A stretch of DNA of 64,000 nucleotides from the NCBI RefSeq assembly GCF_016432865.1, contig NC_067403.1:246016001-246080000 (forward strand), written 5' to 3'. Source of the DNA: Antechinus flavipes. Taxonomy: Eukaryota. Position numbers and translations under genes: made by a program. Every line of letters starts with the position of its first letter. Position 1 is the stretch's first letter. Of the stretch, positions 1 to 12,410 are shown piece after piece. The notes beneath the pieces were generated by a model. It saw only the letters and a list, made by a program, of their open reading frames with translations. It was not told the DNA's origin and did no database searches.

Positions 1-744
1 TAGTATTTTGACAATGCCACTTAAAAATATTTCCAGGCTGAAATTGTCCATGGACAAGTCACTATCCTGCTATTTTATACTTTCTCTTAATTTCTATGCA
101 TTCATTTCTATGAATCAATTAACTGCTTGTTGATACCATATTGTATTGGTAGATATGCTCATGTTCTGTTGGCTGCTTGGAAACATCCTTGGGGCAAATA
201 TATTAACACGATGGATAATAAGGTTCTTACTTCTTTCTGCTTATCCCAAATCTGCTTTTTTTGGATACACCAAAATTTACTTGTAGTTCTTTGATCAAGG
301 GCAAAACAGAATAAATCCAAGAGAAAACTTGAAGATACTTGAAGACAAACAATGTCTTCTCCTCTCTGGGCTAAACATCTCCAATTCCTTCTCGTAAGAT
401 CCTTTTCCAACATTCTATGCAATGATTTCCCTTTCCTATATGAAAAACATATTACTCTGTTTTATAGAAATGAAAATATTCTTAACTTTTATTTACCAAT
501 TTATATAGCTTTATGTTAAAAAATTGGGAAAAAAGAATTGTAGGTTATTCCAATAATAAAAGAATAATTATTTAACTAATTATTGTTACTTTATTTGACT
601 TAATTCATATCAAAAGTACATCACACAAACTGCCAGTTTGAGACAATCAAAAGTTGTAATTAAAGTTTCTGGAAGAAATATCAACAATCTAAGATATATA
701 AAGGATGTCACTCTTCATGAATTAAGAAGTCTTTTAATGGGGGA

Positions 745-1457
745 GTGAAAAACTGGACTTGAAGTTTAATATTAAAAAAAAAGAAAATACTCATATTTTG
801 GCAACTGGTCTATTTCCTGGAAAATAGAAGAAATGGAAGCAGTGTCTAAAAATATAAATATTTTTGGGCTCAAAGGTCAATTCAGATGGCAACTGCAGTC
901 ACAAAATGAAAAACACTTGCTCTTTTGAGGAGACTTATGGAAAATCTGAACAATAAAACAGAGATATCACTTTGTCGACAAAGGTCTATAGAATCTGTAT
1001 TGCTTTTCCAATAACAATGTATGATTCCAAGAGTTGGACAATAAGGATAGCTGACATCACAGTATGCATGCTTTGGAATTGTAGTGCTGGAGAATTTTCT
1101 TTTTTTTTTTTTTCTTTTCTTTCTTTTTTTTCTTTTTCAGAATCCCTTGGACATCAGGGCAATTAAATAAGTCAATACTTAATTGTTAACTGGAAATCCA
1201 GATACTAAAGATAAAGCTCAAAAATTTTGGTCACATAACAAGAAGACAGGATTTGTTGGAAAAGAGGCTGATTTGGGGGAAAAATGGAGGTCAAAGGAAA
1301 TGGGACAGCAGAGAATAAGATAGTTTCATGGAAGCTATAAAGATACCCTTGGGCAGATTTTTTGAAAGAGTGAAGGATAAAAGTTCTCCACTTGATTTGG
1401 TCCATTAGGTCATGAAGAATTGGACATAATTGAACAATTGAACAACAAAAACAACAA
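745..1457 (+). mobile_element. RTE (BovB-like) LINE 3' fragment, decayed
   Basis: Resembles the recalled BovB/RTE 3' consensus (ggcaactgcagtcacaaaatgaaaaacacttgctc..., tggaaaagaggctgat...) and ends in a gaacaacaa-type tail. Confidence 0.75.
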
Positions 1458-1979
1458 TTATAATTCAAGAAAAAAATTGAACAAAATGAAGGAAGATATA
1501 AAGATACCCATAGTGAAATAAACACTCTCACCTAAAAATTACAACATATTTATTTCAAATAAATAATTCAGTACTATTTTAAAATACATTATGAAGGTTG
1601 TAAGCACTCAATAGCTGATATAATAATAATAATTTTCTTTTTGTATGTTTTATGGCATTACAATCCTACAACAGACTATCACATTTCTATTGAGTCATGC
1701 AGATCAATTTTCCCTATTTCAATGTTTGCTGCCTTTTTCTTTTGAATTGCCTAGAGATGCCAGCCACACTAATTCATGTTCACTGGCACAGCTTTCAAGC
1801 TTCAGTTGAAGCATCCATCCCATCACCACCCAATTGCTTTCTCAAAAAAATGAAAATACACCAGTTAGCTGAAAAGATGAGCTCTATTTGGAAGTCCACA
1901 CTGCTTCAAATAGCTCAACCTACTTGAGAAAAAGAAAACTCTTCTTAGAAACATTTTCTGGATGAATCAAGATGGATGC

Positions 1980-2062
1980 TTATACCTTAATGACAATTTG
2001 AGGCCCTTCTCCCTGAAGCAAAAGTCACTGGAGAAAATATCTCCAGAGAAAAATCATAATTG
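1980..2062 (-). promoter_or_regulatory. Orphan OR promoter module (homeodomain TAATTG, two O/E-like sites, TATA-like), inverted paralog of 3487-3595
   Basis: TATAA 1984-1980; tccctgaagc 2010-2019; tctccagaga 2040-2049; taattg 2057-2062; the reverse complement aligns to 3310-3875. Confidence 0.6.
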
Positions 2063-2559
2063 GTAAAATCATCTTTGTTGTGAGCACAGGTTTGAATTGT
2101 GTAATGTTGTATTTACTAAATTTTTTAAGTAGGTTTCTATAAATGATTTTTATGGTGTATGTCTGGGACTTCATATGTTAAAATATCACTTCATAATGCA
2201 TCACAAATCATCTTGTAGTCCAAAGAGATCATTATCATAGAACAGGTCCCCACTACACAGAACTATCCAAATTTAGACAGAGTAGATTTTAGATATCACA
2301 GAGCCTATCGCATTGTAATAATTAGAATCTGAAGCCAAGAAAATAGAAGTTACTGTACCAAGATGACACAGTAGGTTAGTGTCAGAGTCAGGATTATGGC
2401 ATTGGGATTCGGACTCTTAGGACATAAGCACCTGCATACCTTGCGATCTAATAAAGCAGTGTTGGGTTTGTTTGTTTTTTTTTTTTTTCTAATACTAATG
2501 ATGGCTAAGAGAATTGGACTTTGACTAAGAAATAACCTTGCAGAATCAATGTGGGAGAT

Positions 2560-2842
2560 TAAGTCAAAAGTTTAAAATTTAATTCAGTTATTCACTGAAA
2601 TTCCAAGTACAAAAGCTGAAGTCTGCATATTTTGTACCCATATTGAGAGAACAGGACTCATTGGAAAAGACCCTGAAACATAGAATGCCAAAAAAAAGGA
2701 GAAATCAGAGAACAAGATAAAGAGATAGTGGCACAGAAGCAAGGAACATCAACTTGTACATCACTTGGGAAGTAAGGGAAGATGGAAGGCCTTGCACACT
2801 ATGGCACATGGACATGATGGAATGACTGAACAACAGCAACAA
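2560..2842 (+). mobile_element. RTE 3' end fragment
   Basis: caggactcattggaaaagaccctg... through gactgaacaacagcaac tail. Confidence 0.7.
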
Positions 2843-2942
2843 TTATAATTCAAGAAAAAAGGGAGGAGAAAATTGAAGATTCTTACAATTTGGGGAGATC
2901 CATCATCTATGAAATTATGTATTTGTGTGTAAGTATATATAT

Positions 2943-2979
<37 letters not shown>

Positions 2980-2990
2980 ATACACACACA
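2943..2990. repeat. (TA)n(TG)n(CA)n compound microsatellite
   Basis: Read directly from sequence. Confidence 0.95.
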
Positions 2991-3486
2991 GAGACATATA
3001 AGTTTCTAATGAGAAGGTATAAAAGCAAGATAAAGAGAATAAGATAATGTACAAAATGAGCAATAATCACATGGATTATTGAGACATGCTTATTATATCA
3101 CAAATTATAATAGAGGTAAAACATATATGTCATAGGAATCAGAATTAGTGTGTTCTAATTATTGCTCTAACACAAACCAATAATGTCATCTTTGTTGAAT
3201 AACTTGTTCAAATTTCTCATTCTTATTATGAAATAGTAACTATTATGTTTAAAATGTATTCTGTTATTAAAATCTGATAGTTCTATGAATCTTTTGACTT
3301 TTTCCATGTTGATGATATATTTGAAATAAAATTTTATCTGTGATGAAATCTGAAGGGACATTTTGACATATTAGGTCTCAGGTAAACACCACAAAAATAT
3401 TTACACAACCCCACTTGAAATGAAATTAAGATGTTAATGGGATGACATCACCCAATCCAAACTCATATTTGTGAATATGATTTCAG

Positions 3487-3595
3487 CAATTAAGATTTTT
3501 CTCTGGAGAAATTTACCCAAGTGACTCTTGTTTCCTTGGAAGATATTAGAGAAATTCTTCAGGGAGAAAGTCCTCAAATTGCAAAAGAGTTATAA
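3487..3595 (+). promoter_or_regulatory. Predicted promoter of the OR at 7824
   Basis: caatta 3487-3492; tctctggaga 3500-3509; tcttcaggga 3556-3565; TATAA 3591-3595; candidate donor CAG|GTACGT at 3649; conserved in two paralogous copies. Confidence 0.6.
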
Positions 3596-3973
3596 GTCAT
3601 CCACACAGATTTACCCAGAACTCAGAAATCTCTAAGAAGAGTGCTCAGGTACGTTGGACCATTTGGAGCATTATGTACTTTAACTTTTCAGCTCTCTGGC
3701 CTGTTTTCATTCAGTTGAAGCAGCAGTTGTGGTAACAGGAGTAAGTGAGTGATATCTCAAGAGAAGTTGGAACATGATGCCAATGGAATTGAATACCTAT
3801 GGCACTTCAGAGGAAAAGATGCAAACACCAAAAGAGAGGGAAATTGCCTTGCATGATTTAACAGGGATTCTACTGTTTAGTAGCCTCAGATATTTATAAT
3901 CTGTGTTATCTTGGACCAATCTCTTAATCTCTAGTCTCAGTGCTGATGTTCAGGGCATGAAAGTGGTCAGTGT

Positions 3974-4170
3974 GGAGCAAGTTGGTGGTACAGTGGATGA
4001 AGTTCTGAGGGTCAGAAAGACTCATTTTCTGGGGTTGAAATGTGATCTCATACGCATAAATCATGTGGCTCTGGGCAAATCACTTAACTCTATTTATCTC
4101 TGTTTTCTCATTTGTAAAATGAGCTAGAGAAGTAAATGGCAAATCACTCCATTATCTTTGCCCCAAAAAT
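3974..4170 (+). mobile_element. MAR1-type CORE-SINE
   Basis: tRNA-like head, CORE (ctctgggcaaatcacttaac...ttctcatttgtaaaatgag) and RTE-derived tail (gagaagtaaatggcaaatcactcc). Confidence 0.7.
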
Positions 4171-5189
4171 ATTAAAATATAATAAGATTTGCCTACAAAC
4201 AAGTGCTCATCATTTTTCAGTTAACATATGAAGAGCAGTAATGAAAAGGTGGACACAAACCAAAAAGCAAACCAATTAAATCATACCTGCTTTTAAAAAA
4301 ACTCAACAGTTTAATGTCAGATTGTGTATGAATGACAGTAAATAGGAGATATAAAGGAGAAGTCTCAGAACTTGCTTAGATTAGGGAAGATGAGGAATAG
4401 CTTCATGCAAATGCTTTTTTTTTTTTGAAACTTGAATGATAATTTGGCAAGATGACAGGCAGAGATTTGGGATTGGAGGCAGCCATTTAAAATGCACTGA
4501 GTAAGGAGAGAGAGGTTGATGTAGGAAAATGACATCTCTCTCTCTAGTTCTCAGGATTTCTCTTGTAAAATCAGTGATGATAAGCATTTGAGCAGAATCC
4601 TACAGCATTTTAAAACTTGAATAAATATTATCTGTGAAAAATGACTAAATCATTTCTTTTCTATAGCAAAAATGTGGAATTGACAAGTTTTCAAATAATG
4701 GTCCAAAATTTTATCACAAGTTAATGGAAGTAGGGCAATTAGAACTTAAAATAACTGCCTCTAAGCAAGCCTACTGGTATCAATTATAGCACAAATTTAT
4801 TCATTGGACTCAATTTGACATAATCAAAGAAATGATAGAGCCTGTTGCTTAATGAAGCAGCTCATTTTGCCTTTGAATATCTGTAATCTTTAAAGGGGAC
4901 AAATATCTTAACATCAAACTTAAATAAGATATTCTCTTGATTGTCTTCTGTGGGCAATCAAAATCATTCTACTCTATTGTCTACATAAAGCCCTTCAAAC
5001 AGTGAAAGAGAACACTCATTTTGTGTGTGAAATCTTCCCTTTACACAAAAAAAAATATTTTAAGTTCCTTTGACCATTCTTAACATGGCATGAACTTAAG
5101 GTTCTACATTCTCTTGATTGTCTTCCTTTGAACCTAATCAATGATGTTCTTGAAAAAATGGTATCTAAAATTGAATACCCTCTTTTGAT

Positions 5190-5452
5190 TTTCTTTTTTT
5201 TTTTAATTGAAGATTTTTATTTTGGAAATTTATTCCTAGATAATTTTTCAACATTGATCCTTGCAAAACTTTGTGTTCTAAATTGTGCCCCTTTCCTAGA
5301 TGGCCAGTAATCCAATATATGTTAGACATGTTGAAATTTCATATTAAATCCAATATATGTGTACTTATTTATACAATTATCTTGCTACATAAGAAAAATA
5401 AGATCAAAAAGGGAAAAAATGATAAAAAAGCAAAGTGCAAGCAAAAAACAAA
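5190..5452 (-). mobile_element. L1 3' terminal fragment
   Basis: Poly(T) followed by a marsupial L1 3'UTR signature (aacattgatccttgcaaaactttgtgttc). Confidence 0.75.
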
Positions 5453-5659
5453 AAGTTTCTTTTAATTTTTTTTTAAAGCTTGGGAAATTACAGAACCACT
5501 CTTCCTTTCTTTTCTGATACATTGTACTTCATAACAAAAATATTAAGATAATAATTCACTTATTTTACTGGCTATCATGTCACAAGGTTGACATATTTTT
5601 AATAAAACTTAGTTATTTTAAAATTAAAATACCATACTACCATTTCCACTATTTTGTGC

Positions 5660-6060
5660 ATTTGTAGTTATTGCATATATTTTTATGAAATTTGGATTTT
5701 TGTGGGTTTTGTTGTTTAGCCAAAATGTAGGATTTTATATTTATTCCTTATAAACTTAATCTTTTTTCCATTCAAATAAATTTTCTAGTCTATTTTAGAC
5801 TTCTGACTTTGTAATGAACTAGTTTAGGTATCCTTGACAGCTAGTGTCTGAAAATTGTATAACAATATCATTACTGCCTTTATCCAAGTAATTTTTAAAA
5901 ATGACCAAGACAAAGTTATTTCACTGGAGATCTTTATTAGATACCATCTTCTAAATGTACATTGAGCAAATGACTGCTCTTTTGGTTTATCCACTTAAAT
6001 TAAAAACAAATTACTTTTGCAACCTTATTAATATTATTTTTCCTATAATAATGTAGATTC
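5660..6060 (-). mobile_element. L3/CR1 ORF2 fragment, highly decayed
   Basis: Resembles recalled L3 reverse-transcriptase region (gtaggattttatatttattcc..., gcctttatccaagtaattt...). Confidence 0.5.
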
Positions 6061-6262
6061 TGACTGATCCTTGCCTATGTATCCTGTGGGGTTCTTGTTC
6101 TTGTCTTCTAATGTGTTTCCCATAATATCCATAGTAAACTATAAGAATCATTGCTTTACCCTAACATCACAAGTATACTAGTGGAAAACTCCAACTATCT
6201 CAAATACAAGTAAAAATGCTTTACTGTATACATTCAGACAGAATTTTCTGTTTCTTTGTAAG

Positions 6263-6379
6263 GAGTTGTGGACATTCAATGTCTACAGAAAGAAGACCTT
6301 TCTCTTTCACTCCTAGACTTATATTGATTAGAAGGACATTGTGTGACTGGTGAAAGAAAAGGTTTATCTGGGAATGAGG
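6263..6379 (+). other. Predicted non-coding 5'-UTR exon of the OR at 7824
   Basis: Polypyrimidine tract plus AG at 6261-6262 and GT at 6380; homologous to 18018-18124 (-), including an identical 16-mer tgtggacattcaatgt. Confidence 0.5.
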
Positions 6380-7823
6380 GTATAGTTAGTAGAGTACCTA
6401 TTTATAAATATTTAAAATGAAAACAAATCTTAAATATTGAAAAAAATTAAATATGACTTCAAAGCCATCATTAAAATAACTATATAGAATAATTGGACAA
6501 TGTATAAAAAATAGAAAAAGAAAAAAAAAAGAAATTCATGTCTTCTGAAAAAGGAGTTGATGGACTGATATGCAAATAAGACAATTACAATTTTTATTAT
6601 ATTTACAGATAGTCATATAATCTTATCTATATAAAAGAAATAAAGTAAGAGAGAGATAGTGAAGAAAGGAAGACAAAGATAAAGAAGGAGAGACAGAGAG
6701 ATAGAAAATGGTGAAAATAATATTATCTAAAGAGTAAATTGATGCTTTCAAACATTCATTAATTACATTTTAGAAAGAGTGCCAATGAGAAGACTGAGAC
6801 TTATGAGTGGCTGCCATGACTTTAAATCCAATAGTCTTTCTACTCGTATTATCCTCTCTTTAAATACAAATATGTCTAAAGGGTGGAAAGCATTCTGTAT
6901 TATGTCAAACCTCCTTTTATATTGATTGGCTAATTGATTAATTACAAATTGATTAGTTAGTTGCATGAATTTTAAGGAGTCATTTCCCCAAAAACTCAAT
7001 TCTGTGCCCTTAGAAAAGCCGCAAGACACCTTCTAGTTCTATAATTCTGTGATATTATTAATTAACTTTAAATGCTACTGACTTGTTGAGGATTACATAG
7101 CTAGTAAGCATCCAAAATCAAATTTGAACTCAGATCATGTTTAGTGTCACTTGAATAGGCAAAAGAAAAATGAAATGTTGAAATGTTGGCCTCAGGAATG
7201 CACACTCACCCATCTGACTTTTTCCCTTGAAACCTGCTATTGATGTTATACTCTCTAACTCAGGACCCAATTCATTCCAATAAGGGGAAACTTTAAATGC
7301 TACTGGTTCTGTATGTGTATGTGGGTGTTTGAATGTTAATTCACCTCATAGAAACGTAATAAATTTTTCTTGATTGTCTGACTGATCATCTAGATATGTG
7401 GCAAAAGTAAGGGGGAAATGATTAGAATTGATTATTAATATTTTATTTTAAATTTTCTGTAGACTTGAAGATGTTTCCAAGAAGTTAGCCATTTTTAGGC
7501 ATTTTTGTGTTTAGGTGAAAAAAGCTGTTGGATTAGAGAATGACAATCCGAAACACAAAAGGATTTCCCAAATTTCTTCAATAAGAAAGTATGCTTTAAT
7601 AGATTAATATGATGTTTGAAGCCAAAAGTCTTACACACAATTCCAGATACTTTCACTCTGTCCTACTGACCAGGTCTTGTATATCTCAAGAGTTTCAGTT
7701 TCCCGAAGAGCAGTTCTCTCTGTTGCTTAAGGGAGAAGGAAATAGTTTGGGAAATGCAAAGAGCTATATTACATCATCTTAAATTCATTTCCCTTTGTTT
7801 TCCTCAATGTCAGAAGACCACAA

Positions 7824-8795
7824 ATGCCCTGGGACATGCAAAACCTTAATGGCAGCAAGACAGTTACCGAATTTATTCTCCTTGGACTCACAGATCGTCC
7901 TGAACTACAGCATATCCTGTTTGTGGTTTTCCTTGGAATCTACATTCTTACTCTGTTAGGAAACCTTGGCATGATTGTGTTGATCAAAGTTGAGCCCCGT
8001 CTTCACACTCCCATGTACTTTTTTCTTACTAATTTGGCTTTTGTAGATCTATGCTATTCTTCCAATGCAACACCCAAAATGTTGGCAAATTTCTTATCTG
8101 AAAGGAAGAGCATTTCCTTTGCTGGTTGCTTTGTGCAATGTTACATTTTCATTGCTTTGCTACTCACTGAGTATTACATGTTGGCTGCCATGGCCTATGA
8201 CCGCTATGTTGCCATCTGCAGCCCCCTACACTACACGGTGAAAATGTCCAGAAGAGTCTGCATCTGTCTGGCCACATTCCCCTATATCTATGGTTTCTCT
8301 GATGGTCTTCTCCAATCCATCCTGACATTTCGCTTGTCCTTCTGTAGATCCAATGTCATCAATCATTTCTACTGTGCTGATCCTCCTCTGATCAAATTGT
8401 CTTGTTCCGACACCTATGTCAAAGAACATGCTATGTTCATCTCAGCTGGGTTTAATCTTTCCAATTCACTTGCCATCATTCTCATCTCCTACGCCTTCAT
8501 TCTGGTAGCCATCCTCCGCATTCGCTCTGCTGAGGGAAGGAGGAAAGCATTCTCTACCTGTGGCTCTCACATGATGGCTGTTACTTTATTTTATGGGACT
8601 CTCTTCTGCATGTATGTGAGACCTCCCACTGACAAAAGTGTTGAGGAATCCAAAATCATAGCTGTGTTCTACACTTTTGTGAGTCCTGTGCTGAATCCAC
8701 TCATCTATAGTCTGAGAAACAGAGATGTGAAAGCAGCTTTGAGGAATGTGCTCAGAAGAAATCTACTGAAGAAGATGGCTTCAAACATATCATAA
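7824..8795 (+). CDS. OR5M11: Olfactory receptor, family 5 subfamily M, OR5M11-like (intact, 323 aa; 319 aa from the second ATG at 7836)
   Basis: NGS sequon, [40 protein letters not shown]; [14 protein letters not shown] and RPPTDK match recalled human OR5M11; splice acceptor cag at 7811-7813. One of two co-orthologs here. Confidence 0.93.
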   Translation: MPWDMQNLNGSKTVTEFILLGLTDRPELQHILFVVFLGIYILTLLGNLGMIVLIKVEPRLHTPMYFFLTNLAFVDLCYSSNATPKMLANFLSERKSISFAGCFVQCYIFIALLLTEYYMLAAMAYDRYVAICSPLHYTVKMSRRVCICLATFPYIYGFSDGLLQSILTFRLSFCRSNVINHFYCADPPLIKLSCSDTYVKEHAMFISAGFNLSNSLAIILISYAFILVAILRIRSAEGRRKAFSTCGSHMMAVTLFYGTLFCMYVRPPTDKSVEESKIIAVFYTFVSPVLNPLIYSLRNRDVKAALRNVLRRNLLKKMASNIS

Positions 8796-9779
8796 TATCA
8801 CTTTATCAGACAGTTTATTAGTCAATTCTACGTCACTTTATTCAATGGAATACATATTTATTAGCTGCCTGTTATATATGATGTGAGGCTAGGAATACCA
8901 AAAAATTGCTTCAGTCCACAAATTACTTTAAATTCAATAGAGGCAAAGATGAAAAATAAACAGAGATTACTAACTGGAAGGTTATTTGTAGAAGACAATA
9001 TTCATTTGAGAGATTACAAGATTCTTCATAGATTACCTAAATTGAGCCTTGAAGAAAAATAAAGATTCTGAGTAACTGGTGTTAATTATTTAATAATAAC
9101 AAGACACATAGAGTACTTTGCAAGTATTTTTCCTTTTCATCTGATTTCTTGTGCAGCATGATGAATATGGAAAAATTTACCAAAAAAAATCACATTTAAT
9201 TTTTTAAAGAGCATATAATCAACCCCCCATTATTTATTAATTTCCAGATTGAAACTCTGTATAGACAAGACACTGTACAGCTATAATCTTTGTCTTAATA
9301 ATTTTTTTGTTAATTATTATAGATGTGAATCAATTACATGCTTTTTGAAAGTGTATAAATACAAGGGGATATATGCTCATGTCTTAATTGAGAGCTAGAT
9401 GAAAAAATAATCTTTGAGACAACATAGTCTTTTTGTTGAGTCCAAATCTGCCTTTTGGGATCTGCTACAATTTTCTCCTAGTTCTGTCCTGAAGGATAAA
9501 CCAGAATAAATCCAATATATCTTTTATAGAAAAACCTTCACATATATCAATATGATAAGCATGCCAACTCTAAATCTTTTCTTCTCCAGGCAAAACATCT
9601 CCAATTCCTTTTTTTATCATTGTATTTATTGAATTCCATATTTTCCTTATATATGCCATATTGTTCTGTATTTTATAGGAATATGGGGACCATGCACATT
9701 AGTTTTGAATTAAAAGTAAGTTAGTTTCCAACAATTTGGGGCAAGGCGGTTTACTCAATTGTAAAATATTAAAATCTAG

Positions 9780-10680
9780 ACTTCAGATGGATGCAAGACA
9801 GTGGATTGGGATAGCCTTCCAGGTGACCTCCCCCCACAAAATCTTTAAAATAATGTCAAGTCAAATTTTAGAGCCGCAGAGCCCACAAAATGTCAGGGTG
9901 AAATATAGTTTTCCTAGCTTAAGAAAACTTAACAGGTCATTACAAGAAGTCTGTGGCACTGGGGTAGAGGATTGTCCAATACCCATATGTGATGGTGGCA
10001 AAAGTCAGTTTATCCTTAGCATTTGTTTTGGGTATTCTCAGCCCAAACATGTTAAGGAGGTCAGATAACTGATTAGAAAGAGATTACAAGAGACTATTTG
10101 CTGGCATTGGGTATATTTGACACTAATTGGCAATTATATTGCTCATACAGTTCTGGATCATTTCTCCAAGGTAGAGATGAGGGTTAGTTGTTGGTTACAG
10201 GAAAGTAGGGGCCCTGGTCACAGTACCAAAACAAAGAGTAGGACTAGTCCTTGTCAGTACAAGTGAATATGACAGAAAGACAATTTATACATTATGGTAT
10301 CATGGTCAAGTTCACATAAAATTTGGCAGCTTCCATATTAAAGGAGTAGAGAGCTTGGGATATGATATTCCAAGTCAAAAAAAATTAGGATTACCACTAA
10401 GCATAAAATATGCATCAATACTGAGTGTAATTTTCAGGGAAATATTGTATATTTAATGAAAAAAGTATTGTCAAGCATTTTTGATGAAAAGACTAGAATT
10501 ATATAGAAAATTTGAAATTCAAACATAAGATTCAAGAGAAATATAAAAAAGGGGGAACATGAATGAGAAAGTAATTATAAGGAATTCAATAATGTTAAAC
10601 TCTATATGTTTGTATTTGTATATGGGAAAATGATAAATGGAATTCAAAAGACTTTATAATTATTAGATTAGATATAATTA
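9780..10680 (+). mobile_element. Old L1 5'UTR/ORF1 fragments
   Basis: ORF1 3'-end signature (gcttgggatatgatattcc..., gatgaaaagactagaattatatagaaaatttga). Confidence 0.6.
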
Positions 10681-10689
10681 TTAAATATT

Positions 10690-12410
10690 TTGCTTGATCA
10701 GAGATCAGTATCACTATCCCTGCTTTTTGACCTTCAGCTGAAGCATAATAGATTCTGATCCAGGCTTTTACCTTTACTCTGTAGTAAATGTGTTTCTTGT
10801 AAACAACATATTGCGGGACTCTGGCTTTTAATCTAGTCTGCTATCTGCCTCCCTTTTATGGGAGAGTTCATTCCATTCACATTCACATTTTAAATGACTA
10901 ATTCTATTTCCTGCCATCTTATTTATCCTGAGTTATGCTTTTCTCTTTTCTTTCTTCTTTCCCTCCTCCCCAGCATTTTGTTTCTGACCACCACCTCTTT
11001 CACACAAACCTCTACTTTCTCCCTTTCTTATGACTTTCCCCTTTCTGTTTTCCCTTTTATCAGCCTTTCCCTTTCTTTTCCACTTTTCCTTCTCACGTCC
11101 TTATAAAGTGAGACAAGTTTCTCTGTGAAATGAAATATGTCTGATATTCTCTCTTTGAGCCAAAACTGCTGAGAGTAAAATTCACCCAATGTTCATCTCC
11201 TCCCTTCTTTCCCTCATTTATAATAGGTCTTCTTTGCCCTCTATGAGATATAAGTTCCCTCATTTTACCTCCATTTTCCTTTTTTTCAGTACAGTTCTTT
11301 TTTTTTACTCTAGTTCCTTTTTCATATTATCATAATAAAATCAAATTACATTCAAGTATCCCCATAACAGAAATAGAGTTCTCAAGAGTTCTTTCCTTTT
11401 TATCATTTTATGCTTCTGTTGTGTTCTGTATTTGTAGATAAACTTTTTTTGTTCAGCTCAGGTTCATTAGAAATAGATGAAATTCACATGTATCATTGAA
11501 TGTCCATCTTCTTCCCTGAAAGATAATGTTCATTTTAACAGAATAGCTTATTCTTGTCTGTAATCAAAGTTTCTTTGCCTTTTGGTATATCAGATTCCAG
11601 GCCCTTTAATTCTTTAAGGTGAAAATTGCTAGGTCCTGGGTAATCCTGGTTATGGCCCCTCAATATTTGAATTGTTTCTTTCTGGATACATGCAATATCT
11701 TTTCATTGGTCTGTTAGTTCTGAAATTCAGCTAAAATATTTCTTGGGGGTTTTAAATTGTGGTCTCTTTCAGGAGGTGATTGGTGGATTCTTTCAATGGC
11801 TATTTTGCCTTCAGATTCTAGGACATCAGTTTTCTTTTATGATCTTCTGGATAATGTCTAGGTTTTTTTGTTTTTTGTTTTTTGTTTTTTCATCATGGCT
11901 TTCAGGAAGTTCAATAATTCTTAGATTGTCTCTCCTGGATCTATTTTCTATGTTAGTTTTTTTTTACCTGAGAGGTTTTTTTATATTTTCTTTATTAAAA
12001 AAATTTTGGGGGTTCTGTTTGATTCTTGAAGTCTTATTGATCATTCACTTCCATTTGTTCAATTCTAATTTTTAGTGTATTATTTTCTTCAGTTACCTTT
12101 TTTATCTCCTTTTGCATTTGGTCAATTGAATTGTTTTGTTGTTGCACTTTTTTTTCCATTTCACAAATTCTATTTTTCAAAGAATTGGTATCTTTTTCCT
12201 ATCTATATTGTATGGAGTTATGTGCTTTTCCTATTTTATCAAATCTTTTTTTAAGGTATTTTCTTCAGATAATTTCTGTTTTTCCTTTTCCATCCTCTCG
12301 GACAAAAATTGTATTTCCTTTCCCCATTTTTCTTCTAACTCTCTTTTAAGATCCTTTTTAAAATCTTCTAAGAAAGCCAAGGTCATTTCCAAGAAATAGA
12401 GACCAGCTCA
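10690..12410 (-). mobile_element. Old L1 fragment (ORF1, spacer and start of ORF2)
   Basis: T-rich on the + strand; ORF2 endonuclease start (gggagagttcattccattcacattcac) and ORF1 signatures on the minus strand. Confidence 0.75.

Noticed and set aside
60-480. Similarity between 60-480 and about 9480-9700, suggesting another duplicated 3' flank
   Set aside because: Both look like decayed L3/CR1 sequence, so independent insertions explain it; it was too degraded to list as a feature.
6263-6282. The UTR exon start resembles L1 ORF1 (tttcagggaagaagatggacattcaatg, seen at about 11495-11525 on the minus strand), suggesting exonised L1
   Set aside because: The match is under 30 nt with gaps and does not extend; chance cannot be excluded.
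10640-10730. Convergent + and - L1 pieces meeting near 10685, as in a twin-priming inversion
   Set aside because: Both pieces contain the same ORF1 3' region with different sequence, so they are two separate insertions.
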